From the NCBI GenBank assembly GCA_021209225.1, contig JAJOIW010000108.1, forward strand, positions 1-51,500: DNA of 51,500 nt, read 5' to 3'. Positions within the stretch are counted from its first letter, which is position 1, and the number at the start of each line of letters is the position of its first letter. This document shows, piece by piece, positions 9,313-18,380 of this stretch. The position numbers were made by a program, and so were the translations under genes. The notes beneath the pieces are model-generated. The model ran no database searches. It worked only from the letters and a program-made list of their open reading frames with translations, and was not told the DNA's origin. This DNA comes from Verrucomicrobiota bacterium (GTDB lineage Bacteria; Verrucomicrobiota; Verrucomicrobiia; Limisphaerales; JAJOIW01).

Positions 9313-10245
9313 TCACTGGATGCCCAGTGAGTGCTGGAGGGCCAGGCGGAACCCGAGATAGTTGTAAATATCCGAAGGCGAGTGGCCGTTGCGGCGAGCC
9401 GAGCGGCAGTTCTGCGCGAAGCTGGCCCAGCTGCCGCCGCGAAACACGCGAAACGAGCCCTGACTGCCAACAGGATCGGTAACACTATCGGAGGGGTATG
9501 CACCATGGATATCCTGACACCACTCCCAGACATTTCCATGCAGGTCGTAAAGGCCCAATGCATTTGGAGGAAAGGTCCTCACGTTTTTGGTTCCATTGCC
9601 AGAAATATTGGCCTGGGTCGAAAGCAGGCTTGCTCCGTGATGGAATGGCCCCGTGGCATTCCCGCGTTCCCGGCAGGCAAATTCCCATTGGGCCTCGGTG
9701 GGGAGTGTGTATTCCATGCTTGCGCTGAGACGCCCGGCCATACGCTCTGACTGGGTCAACTTCTGGCAGAAACGGAGACATTCTTCCCAGGAAACACTTT
9801 CCACTGGAAGATCGCCGTACCCTTTGAACTGACTGGGTTTCGTGCCCATAACTGCATGCCATTGTCTTTGGGTGACTTCGGTCTCTCCCAACCAGAATCC
9901 CCGTGTCAGCCTCACCTCATGCTGCGTTTCATCGGATTGTTTTCCAGCTTCCCCAGCGGGTGAGCCCATCTGAAAGCTGCCGGGGGCGATCCAGATCAGT
10001 TTGAGATTCAGGTTTGGAATGACCCAGTTGGAATTGTTTTCCGGCTGGATGACAGCGGATTGACCACCTGATTGCTTATTTTGTTCCCCATCACTTTGTG
10101 CACAATTCTGAGAGCATTTTTTCTCACATGTCTGCAGAGCAACCTCATCCATGCCGGCGGAAACAGGTTGGACTGTCCATGATGCAACCAGCACACAGAC
10201 GACTATCCATGGCAGCACCTCAAATTGGTTTCGTCGCGACTTCAT
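9313..10245 (-). CDS. Formylglycine-generating-enzyme (SUMF1/FGE-sulfatase) domain protein, secreted
   Basis: WIAPGSFQMGSP...HEVRLTRGFWLGETEVTQRQW...PVESVSWEECLRFCQKL...YTLPTEAQWEFACR...GLYDLHGNVWEWCQD...VFRGGSW...RSARRNGHSPSDIYNYLGFRLA. The ORF is open from 10332, but MKSRRNQFEVLPWIVVCVLVASWTVQPVSAG at 10245 gives a proper signal peptide. Confidence 0.85.
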   Translation of the reverse strand: MKSRRNQFEVLPWIVVCVLVASWTVQPVSAGMDEVALQTCEKKCSQNCAQSDGEQNKQSGGQSAVIQPENNSNWVIPNLNLKLIWIAPGSFQMGSPAGEAGKQSDETQHEVRLTRGFWLGETEVTQRQWHAVMGTKPSQFKGYGDLPVESVSWEECLRFCQKLTQSERMAGRLSASMEYTLPTEAQWEFACRERGNATGPFHHGASLLSTQANISGNGTKNVRTFPPNALGLYDLHGNVWEWCQDIHGAYPSDSVTDPVGSQGSFRVFRGGSWASFAQNCRSARRNGHSPSDIYNYLGFRLALQHSLGIQ

Positions 10246-10754
10246 GGACCACCTCATTACCAAACACTCCCAATAAGGGGAAGGATTTTTTTCCCATTGT
10301 AAAATGGATCTGCTTGCATGTTCACAATACATGGATACGAAATGCTGACTGAATCATGAATGCCCTTCACTCGCTCAGCATTTTTGATAATTGTCCGTAT
10401 AAACTGATGTGGGCAGGTATGATGACAGAATTTATATTTATAAATAGGATGATTTGTCTCTGAATAATTTAATATATTTATTCAAGTGTTCTTTAGAAGG
10501 GGCAGGAATGTGGAGAGGGATTGATATGTTCATGGGCCGGTGTGGGATGCTGTGGTGAGGAGTGTGGAATATTTAGGGGCTGGTAAATGTCCTGGATCCG
10601 GTGATTGTGGGTGGTGGGTTTCCCAAATAGACGATATCTGGGACCGGCTCGGGTGTGGGGGGCGTGAATTTTTCAGATTGTGATCCTATCCGGAGGTTGT
10701 GTGATTGCTCCTATTGTTGGAGAATGGGGATGGATATGAATGAGTTGCCGGTGA

Positions 10755-12131
10755 ATGGCAATTCAACCTGCGGAACAAACTGAATATATGATGATGAAGT
10801 GGATTTTCTGTGTTATGGCCATGGGCCTCCCGATGGCAGCCGCTGGGCAGATGTTTTTTGTGACTAACCAGGGGTTGTTTGAGCGCATTAATGGTCGGTC
10901 GGTGCAAGTCCCCACGGGGTTGACAGCGCCGGTGTATCCGTCACTTTCACGCGATGGCTGGTATCTATCCTTCAGCCGCCCGGATCTGACGAATTTGAAT
11001 GGAGTGAATCCCAGTTCCGACCTGGTCGTTCTGGACCGGTTCACTGGGAACCAACGCACAGTCATCGACAACAACACTTTGGTGATTGGAGCAGACTTTG
11101 ACATTTTATCCAGCCAGGTTTCCCCGAGTGGACAAGTCATTGCTTATGGTCTGCGGATTGGTCCAACCTCCGGTGTCGGTTTGAGTTCGACCACGGACCT
11201 TGCGATAGCGGATTTGACGACTGGGGTGGACGTATCGAATCCGTTCTCCAACCGCATCAACGAAGTGGGACCGACCAGCGACGTGCTGTCCGCCGAGTTC
11301 CGGGGAATCTCATTTTTTCCCGCCAGCGATTCCTTCGTGACGCCAGTATTGGGATTGATTGTGTTGCCTGGATCAGCTATCGGCGATGCGGTTACGGCCA
11401 TCACCCGGTTTGACCGGAATATCACAACCGGGAAGTGGTTTGCAGCCGCCTCACTTTCCACGCCACGCGCTGAGGCAACTGCTTTTATTGGAACCATTCC
11501 GATCGACGTCGCCGTGAACTATCAGGTCTATCCGGCGATTTCTCCGAATGGGGGTCAGCTGGCTTATTTCGACGTGGCCAAGCCCAACCGAACCGGGGCA
11601 CTGGAATCCCATCCTTCGACCAGCCGGGTGGTGGTGGCGAATGCTGATGGTGGAAACCCGAGGGAGCTGACCCGCTTCGCGCCAGGCTTCCTGCCATCCG
11701 GGCTGACGTGGACAACCGATGGCACCACGCTGGTGGTTTCTATTTCACAGCAAGTCAATCCCGGAACCGGTTATATCGACCTGACGGATTCTTCAAACTC
11801 AGCTGTTTTTTCCGTCCCGATAGCAACCGGAACAGCTACAGCCATTTCTGAATTGGGCAACGGGTTTGCTCCGACATTGCCAGCCACACGGCCAGTGCAT
11901 CTTTCAGAGTTGGTTCCCAGCTTGAATCAGAATGGGGATGGTTCATTCACATTCCGGGCGATGGGTCTGCCCGTCCGAGCTCAGCTGGATCTGGAACAAT
12001 CGCTCGCTGGATCCCCATCCGGCTTCACCAGGCTGCGTCCAGTCACCGGAGGCGAACTGGCCACAGGCATTGTAATCCCTTCAGGTCCGGACGCCCGGTT
12101 CTTCCGACTGGCACAACCAGGCGGAGGGTGA
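10755..12131 (+). CDS. Secreted hypothetical protein, probably beta-propeller (TolB/PD40-like), with a C-terminal FFRL-ending module
   Basis: 458-aa ORF. The likely start is MMMKWIFCVMAMGLPMAAAGQ (~10788), which is signal-peptide-like. Repeated motifs read SPxG..LAY / SRDGWYLSF / TTDGTTLVVS. The C-terminus is GDGSFTFRAMGLPVRAQLDLEQS...GPDARFFRLAQPGGG. Confidence 0.55.
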   Translation: MAIQPAEQTEYMMMKWIFCVMAMGLPMAAAGQMFFVTNQGLFERINGRSVQVPTGLTAPVYPSLSRDGWYLSFSRPDLTNLNGVNPSSDLVVLDRFTGNQRTVIDNNTLVIGADFDILSSQVSPSGQVIAYGLRIGPTSGVGLSSTTDLAIADLTTGVDVSNPFSNRINEVGPTSDVLSAEFRGISFFPASDSFVTPVLGLIVLPGSAIGDAVTAITRFDRNITTGKWFAAASLSTPRAEATAFIGTIPIDVAVNYQVYPAISPNGGQLAYFDVAKPNRTGALESHPSTSRVVVANADGGNPRELTRFAPGFLPSGLTWTTDGTTLVVSISQQVNPGTGYIDLTDSSNSAVFSVPIATGTATAISELGNGFAPTLPATRPVHLSELVPSLNQNGDGSFTFRAMGLPVRAQLDLEQSLAGSPSGFTRLRPVTGGELATGIVIPSGPDARFFRLAQPGGG

Positions 12132-12139
12132 TTTCAATC

Positions 12140-12470
12140 CTTTCTGCTTTATGTGCACAGGAAGGATAGCATTGGGAGTCATGTTTTATTAAGCTCAATC
12201 GGGAATCGCATGCTCCAGCAGATGCGGATTCATATTCCACGTGTCCGGCTCGGAATCGATGAAATAGGGAATGACATTGCAATATATGACTGGATTGACA
12301 GTCCCAATCAAAGTGAATGATTGACAGAGGACCACATCACCGGGCTGGATATTCTGAAGCAATAAAGCTAAATGAATGGCTCATGTTCCGGAATTGAGGA
12401 CAAAACGCTATTTTCTTTGGCAGGCTTCTCTTCACTCATTTGAAAAAAGGGCGTGTTGACTCATCGAAGT
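12140..12470 (-). pseudogene. Decayed remnant of a DegT/DnrJ/EryC1/StrS-family PLP aminotransferase
   Basis: The minus strand reads NSGT*AIHLALLLQNIQPGDVVLCQSFTLIGTVNPVIYCNVIPYFIDSEPDTWNMNPHLLEHAIPD*. The in-frame TGA is at 12381-12383 and the stop at 12195-12197. A frame-shifted SEEKPAKENSVLSS precedes it and TPNAILPVHI follows. The fragment then abuts the end of the neighbouring gene. Only ~100 of the ~370 expected codons remain. Confidence 0.6.
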
Positions 12471-12918
12471 GGACACGGAAGGAAAATTCTGCGACAAGAG
12501 ATAGAGGCCCGTTGCCTCACAAATAGGACCCAAGGTCCGGATCAGGTGACCTCACAGTTCCACATCCATCATCACAAGCATAGCTCCCGACCATGAATAA
12601 ATATATATTTTATTGAACAACAGGAACTGTGAGCCATCCAACACCCTGAACCAGCCACATGTCATATATACAATTCCGGATGACTGGATCAGATCGTATT
12701 GTATACACAATTGGAAATATTTTGTGCTCTTCTGGTCGAATGGGTGGTGGAGAAAGGTCAAAGAACTGGAGTGCGAGCCACGCTGTGAGGGGAAGAGACG
12801 GATAGGGGGCTACTCAAAAAAGTAATATTACTTTTCATTCAGGCCATGAGATTTCCGCAATTTTTAATTGTCAGTTTTTGTGGGTAGTTTCAGAGTATGT
12901 TCCGGGTCGTGAATCAGG

Positions 12919-15702
12919 ATGGGCGAGTCCGGGGATTCGGGGAATCGCAGTATTCCGGGGCTTGGAAAGAGGATAAAGCAGATGAAGAAGGCCAGGTGGA
13001 TGATGGGTTTGAGGATAGCACATCCCCGGTTAATTTGTCTATTCGCAGCTGTGGGAATGGGTCTCCTGTTTGTGATTGGGCTGTCCATAAAGCGGGATTA
13101 TGCGGCGACCCATGTCAGTGAAGTTCAATTGGTGCGATCGGAGATGGATCGCCATCTTCGTTCACTGGAAGTGATGGCGGAAGCCGTTGGTTTGCGGAGT
13201 GAAGCGGGCGAACTGGGACAGCCATTCTGGGACATATTGCAGGAACGATATGCATCGATGTCGCAACTGCGGGGGATTGTGGAGCTGGGATATGCGCCGT
13301 GGACGCATGAATCCGGCGCACTGGCTTCGGCACAAGTGACCATGAGATCAGCCCGGTGGGGGGAGTGCTCACTGGGGGAGAATCTCTTGGATTCACCAGA
13401 TGATAAATGGATCCGAAAAGCTTTGGATGAGGGCACACCGGTTGCGGGTGATTTCAGGATCATTGAGGATATTGCTTTTGGGATTCAGAGGCGTGGGTGT
13501 CGAATATATATTCCTGTGAAAGAGTGGAAAGGACTGACTCAGGAGTGGAGTCTGAGTCCAGACCAACCCATATTGAAATCCGCAGGTGTCTTGTATGCGA
13601 CGATTAATTTTGACCCAATGGTCAAGAGGTTATCGGAGGAGGTTTACAGCCTGCCCTATTCTCAAATCCACCAAAGGTCAGACAACAATGAATGGGTTCA
13701 GGTTGCGGGACACAATAAAACACTCAAAGGAATCACTCGAATTCACAATGAGCAGGTGGGTGAAAACACAGGGTTTTATCTATTTGGATTGGATTGGTGC
13801 GGACGTCACTGGAACATACAAATGTCGAGGCTGTCATTCACGAACTGGTTGGTAAGTCATTTCAATCCGGGTGAGTGGAACCACTGGATCCTGCCTTTGG
13901 CCATCCTCCTCGTATGCCTGGGATTAGCCTTCACATTGTGGAATCAAATGCGGAGTCTCCATTCAGTTCACGAGGAAAATTCCTTTTATTCCATTCCAGT
14001 GAGAATAGTTATCGTACCTGTTTTTCTTTTTATTGCTGGTGTCCTGATTGCCTATTCCATTCACCAACGGGAAGACCAGATTATTCAATCCGAGCTCAAC
14101 CGTCGATTTGAAGAGCAATGTTTTCAATTATGGGATCAGATAGAGTCCAGACTGGAGAGTTATCAGAATGCGCTGAGTCGATTGCAGCTTTTTTTATCCA
14201 CAAAGCAGGGCATCCCGGAAGACGAGTGGATATTTGAATGGCGGGAACAGGTGGATCGCCTCAGCTTATCTGTGGAAAGGGTGGGAATCATTGAAGTGGG
14301 TTTCGGCAGGATAAATGAAAGTATGAGTACAGATACCTCCCGGAATCTGGAAAATACATGCAGGGTGACGCTGGTGTCGAAACTCGGTTCCTACAAGGCG
14401 GAGGAACCCTTTTCTCTGAATATTCACGAAGGGCTCCAGTCCATGGCCCTTCAGACCTCCGAGAAAGGATTGCGAGCACGCGCGTCCAGTCTGCTCATGA
14501 TTCCCTGGATCGGCCAGCCCAGCCCAATCCCGGCGTTCCGGTTATTCAATACTCTGAATGAAACACCTATGCCACCAGAGCCACCAAGCCAAGCTTCAGG
14601 ACACCAATTGGAAAATCGGGGGAAAGCCTGGGGGTTTTTATTCGCAACCATCAATATGGATTTGCTGATGTCTACCATTCTCGGGCCCCGATCGCAGGAC
14701 ATCGAACTGGAAATCTTCCTGGGCGAAAATCCAACCACCGAAAGGAGGATGACCCAAAAAGTTTCTGATTCCGGCAAAGCCAATGTATATATTCGGAATT
14801 ATGCCGCCCGAACACCGGATTCCCTGGAACTGGAAATAACCAAATCCCAATACCTCCAACCGTGGATACTTCGATTCCACTCCACCAGGCATTTTAATAA
14901 ATTTGCCACACAAACAACCAGTCGCTACATTATCTGGGTCGGCAGCTTCTTCTCCGCTATCCTGGCAACCCTCTTCGGATTCCATGCCCTGGCCACCCAC
15001 CAGACAAAACTGCTCAACAATCAACTGCAATTCTCAAACCAAAGTCTCAAACAAACTCTGGAGGAAAGGGAGAAAATTTCCCGCCACATCCATGACCAAT
15101 CACTCCAGCACTTATTTGCCATAAGCATGGGCCTGACCCGATTGAAAAAACGCATGAACCTGCGGGACAAATCAGACACATCCAGCATTCTCGATGATTC
15201 GATATCAGACATATCGAAAATTTACAATGATTTGAGGAGAATCGCCTGGGGGAGGAATTCGATATTATCTCCAAATGAGAATTTTGCCTATATTCAGTAT
15301 TGGGTGAACAAGCTGGGACTATATTATGGTATTGAGACATCCACGCAATTTATTCCCGATGGGCTTGGTGGGGAGAGGCATTTATCCAACAAGGACATGA
15401 CGATTCTATCGGCTTTTATCACTGAAGCCATCAGCAATTCAGCCATTCACGGCAAAGCTACAAATATTGTCACCCGGATTGAGAAGTCCGATTCATTCCT
15501 GTCGGTGACAATACGGGACAATGGACATGGATTCAATATAGATGAATTGAACAACAAATCCTTGCATCGGGGAGATGGAATCAATAATCTGACGCACACA
15601 GCGCACTTATTCGGTGGACACTTAAAAATAGATACTCAGCCTGGTGCTGGGGCGACTGTGGAATTATCTATTCCATGGCCCATCCAAAATCAGGATTCCT
15701 GA
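12919..15702 (+). CDS. Sensor histidine kinase (HisKA_3 + HATPase_c) with four TM segments and two large extracytoplasmic regions
   Basis: H-box EREKISRHIHDQSLQHLFAISMGL. ATPase motifs are AFITEAISNSAIHG, IRDNGHGF and GDGINNLTHTAHLFGGHLKIDTQPGAGATVELSIP. TM segments are LICLFAAVGMGLLFVIGLSI, WILPLAILLVCLGLAFTLW, IVIVPVFLFIAGVLIAYSI and YIIWVGSFFSAILATLFGF. The real start is probably MKKARW at ~12982. Confidence 0.85.
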   Translation: MGESGDSGNRSIPGLGKRIKQMKKARWMMGLRIAHPRLICLFAAVGMGLLFVIGLSIKRDYAATHVSEVQLVRSEMDRHLRSLEVMAEAVGLRSEAGELGQPFWDILQERYASMSQLRGIVELGYAPWTHESGALASAQVTMRSARWGECSLGENLLDSPDDKWIRKALDEGTPVAGDFRIIEDIAFGIQRRGCRIYIPVKEWKGLTQEWSLSPDQPILKSAGVLYATINFDPMVKRLSEEVYSLPYSQIHQRSDNNEWVQVAGHNKTLKGITRIHNEQVGENTGFYLFGLDWCGRHWNIQMSRLSFTNWLVSHFNPGEWNHWILPLAILLVCLGLAFTLWNQMRSLHSVHEENSFYSIPVRIVIVPVFLFIAGVLIAYSIHQREDQIIQSELNRRFEEQCFQLWDQIESRLESYQNALSRLQLFLSTKQGIPEDEWIFEWREQVDRLSLSVERVGIIEVGFGRINESMSTDTSRNLENTCRVTLVSKLGSYKAEEPFSLNIHEGLQSMALQTSEKGLRARASSLLMIPWIGQPSPIPAFRLFNTLNETPMPPEPPSQASGHQLENRGKAWGFLFATINMDLLMSTILGPRSQDIELEIFLGENPTTERRMTQKVSDSGKANVYIRNYAARTPDSLELEITKSQYLQPWILRFHSTRHFNKFATQTTSRYIIWVGSFFSAILATLFGFHALATHQTKLLNNQLQFSNQSLKQTLEEREKISRHIHDQSLQHLFAISMGLTRLKKRMNLRDKSDTSSILDDSISDISKIYNDLRRIAWGRNSILSPNENFAYIQYWVNKLGLYYGIETSTQFIPDGLGGERHLSNKDMTILSAFITEAISNSAIHGKATNIVTRIEKSDSFLSVTIRDNGHGFNIDELNNKSLHRGDGINNLTHTAHLFGGHLKIDTQPGAGATVELSIPWPIQNQDS

Positions 15703-15734
15703 ATATAAGATAAGAAATCCGCAGGGGAGGAAAA

Positions 15735-16451
15735 ATGGAGAATGCAATCAAACCAACCGGTGGAGTGAAGCAAGTTGTCTTAATTGACGACCATCCTATC
15801 GTGTTGAGAGGTTTGAAGGCCGAACTGGAGGAGAATCTTCAGATACATGTGATTGGAAGTTTTTCAGACGTCAAAGGAGGTATTGATTACTGTGCGAAGG
15901 TGCGTCCGGAGGTGGCCATAGTGGATCTGATGTTTGGCGACCATGAAGAGCCGGATATTCCCAAGCGGATAAAGTCTGTTTCGCCCGGGACTAAAGTCCT
16001 GGTGTATAGTGCATTTTCCGATCCGGCACAGGTACATAAATCTTTTATGTCTGAAGCGGATGGATATTGCAGCAAGCAACCGGGTGGTTATCCAATTGAT
16101 GATGCGGTGATTCGGGTAGCAAACGGGGAAGCGGTGCTGGACCCGGATATTTCAGGTTTCATTGAGTCTGAGCCGCTGCAGGGAAGTCTCAAGTCGGACC
16201 TGTTGGAATTGATTCAGAAATGGTTTCAATCCACCCAACAAAAGCGGGCACAGGAGAAACTGAGTGTGCTGACCAGTTCTGAAATGGAATTGTTGCGGGC
16301 CAAGAATGCGGAAGGGAAGGATGTTGTGGCCGCCTTCTTTCTCGGTATAGAAGAAGGCACATTTAAGAACCGGCTGCGACTGATCCGCATCAAACTGGGA
16401 AACATTCCCACCAGACAGGTCCTCGAACTGGTTAAGCAGGCAGATGGATAA
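15735..16451 (+). CDS. Response regulator, NarL/LuxR-like, with a divergent C-terminal HTH
   Basis: Receiver domain VVLIDDHPIVLRGL...EVAIVDLMFGD...KVLVYSAFSD. The C-terminal LTSSEMELLRAKNAEGKDVVAAFFLGIEEGTFKNRLRLIRIKLG resembles a GerE-type HTH. The start lies 33 nt after the kinase gene. Confidence 0.8.
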   Translation: MENAIKPTGGVKQVVLIDDHPIVLRGLKAELEENLQIHVIGSFSDVKGGIDYCAKVRPEVAIVDLMFGDHEEPDIPKRIKSVSPGTKVLVYSAFSDPAQVHKSFMSEADGYCSKQPGGYPIDDAVIRVANGEAVLDPDISGFIESEPLQGSLKSDLLELIQKWFQSTQQKRAQEKLSVLTSSEMELLRAKNAEGKDVVAAFFLGIEEGTFKNRLRLIRIKLGNIPTRQVLELVKQADG

Positions 16452-16511
16452 TCAGACAACCCTCCCGTTTGGTTTGAGCGTGTGGTCCATTGCTCAGGGA
16501 AATGCATGCGT

Positions 16512-16979
16512 TCATGATTTCACTTCAGCCCAGACAACAATCTGCACGGCGGCATTGAGCGGCATTTCATCGATACCCAGTGCAACACGGACATGAATAC
16601 CTGCATCACCAAAAACCCGATTGAATAATTCGGAAGCTCCATTTAAAACGTCCGGATGGCCGCGGAATCCAGGTGCGGTATGAACGTATCCTTCGACCCG
16701 AACGATGCGCACTAACTGAGTCCAATCATGACCCACCGCTTGTTTGAGTTGTGCGAGCGCGTTGACAGCACAAAGGCGGGCAGCCTGGTAGCCTTCGACG
16801 ATCTGAAATTCTTTTCCGCATTTCCCGGCATAGGCGATTTCTCCATTTTTCCAGGGCAGTTGACCGGAGGTTATAATCAGGTTTCCGGTCCGGATCCAGG
16901 GAACATACGCGCCGACACCTTGTGGGGGATGGGGCAATTCAATTCCCAGTTCAATCAGTCTCTGATCAGTTGTCATCAT
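16512..16979 (-). CDS. RidA/YjgF-family protein
   Basis: LIELGIELPHPPQGVGAYVPWIRTGNLIITSGQLPW...VRIVRVEGYVHT...VRVALGIDEMPLNAAVQIVVWAEV. Confidence 0.8.
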   Translation of the reverse strand: MMTTDQRLIELGIELPHPPQGVGAYVPWIRTGNLIITSGQLPWKNGEIAYAGKCGKEFQIVEGYQAARLCAVNALAQLKQAVGHDWTQLVRIVRVEGYVHTAPGFRGHPDVLNGASELFNRVFGDAGIHVRVALGIDEMPLNAAVQIVVWAEVKS

Positions 16980-17092
16980 ATTCTAAATTTGAGTCATTAT
17001 TTTTTCTTTGCGGAATGTGTATATATTCATCGATATAGATACAAACTGAATTCACAATCACAGTCAGGTGGAGAATGATGGATGGACAGGAT

Positions 17093-18322
17093 CTATCGTG
17101 GAAGTGAGCTGAGGGGTTTGGGTGAATCGAGGAAGCAGATTTTGCGGACGCAATCATCGAAGTTATTAGCGCCGGCAATAATTTTGATTTCGACGCGCAT
17201 GAAGAAAATCGGGAGGTCACGTCGATCGAGACGAGCGATGCGAACGGCATCTTTTTGAGTTGTCAGAATGATATCTGCCTGTCGGATTTTCGAGCGGTTG
17301 ATGACATTGAGGATTTCCTGTTGTGAAAAGCGATGGTGGTCCGCATAACGTTTTGTATAGACCAGAGTTCCACCGAGTTGAATCAGACTATTTTCAAAGC
17401 TCTCGGGTTGGGCAATTCCACTGAAGGCAGCAATTTTTTTGCCATGGATAAAATCCAGGTCCACGCGTTCACCTGTGAAGCAATCTTCAAAGTACAGCGG
17501 ATGGTGCACACATTCGATGATGCGGGCACTGGGGTTTAACCGGTGGATTTCATTTCGGAGAATTTCGTTTTGTCCATCACTTTTGGTGAGGAAGACGGTG
17601 TGGGCGCGTCTGAGATGTTTTGGGGGTTCCCGGAGGATGCCGCGGGGAAGGAGGAAGTTGTTGCCCCAGGGTTGCTGTGAGTCGATAAGCACAATGTCCG
17701 TGCGTCGACCCTGCAGCTTCCAATACTGGAAACCATCGTCGAGAAGCAGCGTATCACAGCCGAATCGTTCGATGGCAAATCGACCGGCTTTGACCCGGTC
17801 TTTGTCGACCAGGACAATGACATCGCGCAGGTTGGTCGCGAGCATGAAAGGTTCATCCCCAGCGGATTCGGAGTCGAGCAGTAATGAGGTGCCATCGGAA
17901 ACAATCCGGGGAGGTGTGACATCCTCCTGAAAGAGCAGCTTTCGCTTCATGCGGACCCAGAATGGGGCGGGTTTGGAACGGTATCCGCGCGAGAGTATGG
18001 CCACCTTGCGCCCCTGATTCTTGAGTGCCCTGGCGAATTTTTCAACGACGGGAGTTTTGCCGGTGCCTCCAACAGTGAGGTTTCCAATGGCTATCACCTG
18101 CACCCCAAGAGTCCTGTCGCGCATAATCCGCAGGTCGTACAGGCTTCGCCGAAGCTTGATGGCCGATTCGAATATCCGGGAAAGCCCATGCAGAATGCCC
18201 CCGCAGCATGTCGGCACGATTCCCCTGCCGACGATTGAATATGACCTCCAGGATGTAGGTCTCCACAGACTCAGTAAAATTCTGGAAGCGATCAAGCATT
18301 CAATCCGAGTCTGCCAATTCAC
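17093..18322 (-). CDS. lpxK: Tetraacyldisaccharide 4'-kinase
   Basis: VIAIGNLTVGGTGKTPVVEKFARALKNQGRKVAILSRGYRS...LLLDDGFQYW...DIVLID is the classical LpxK P-loop context. Confidence 0.85.
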   Translation of the reverse strand: MNWQTRIECLIASRILLSLWRPTSWRSYSIVGRGIVPTCCGGILHGLSRIFESAIKLRRSLYDLRIMRDRTLGVQVIAIGNLTVGGTGKTPVVEKFARALKNQGRKVAILSRGYRSKPAPFWVRMKRKLLFQEDVTPPRIVSDGTSLLLDSESAGDEPFMLATNLRDVIVLVDKDRVKAGRFAIERFGCDTLLLDDGFQYWKLQGRRTDIVLIDSQQPWGNNFLLPRGILREPPKHLRRAHTVFLTKSDGQNEILRNEIHRLNPSARIIECVHHPLYFEDCFTGERVDLDFIHGKKIAAFSGIAQPESFENSLIQLGGTLVYTKRYADHHRFSQQEILNVINRSKIRQADIILTTQKDAVRIARLDRRDLPIFFMRVEIKIIAGANNFDDCVRKICFLDSPKPLSSLPR

Positions 18323-18380
18323 AGCGCGCCAATCAACTCTGACCTTCAGGATTCATGGAATCCCAACCGAATCCCACGGA

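Noticed and set aside
9177-9862. ORFs 9177-9563(-), 9225-9482(+), 9331-9750(+), 9485-9862(-) and 9498-9728(+).
   Set aside because: All overlap the well-supported FGE-sulfatase gene frame (9313-10245), and their translations are Arg/Ala/Pro-rich frame shadows.
10507-10570. The recurrent word (A/G)TGTGGA(A/G) in the G-rich tracts (10507, 10561, rc 2235, rc 41290) as a specific motif.
   Set aside because: The expected number of such a degenerate 8-mer in 103 kb of two-strand sequence is about 6, so four occurrences are not significant.
10598-10665. G-runs (GGGTGGTGGG, GGGTGTGGGGGG) as G-quadruplex motifs.
   Set aside because: Fewer than four properly spaced GGG runs occur in any one 30-40-nt stretch. 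I treated them only as part of the C-depleted tract.
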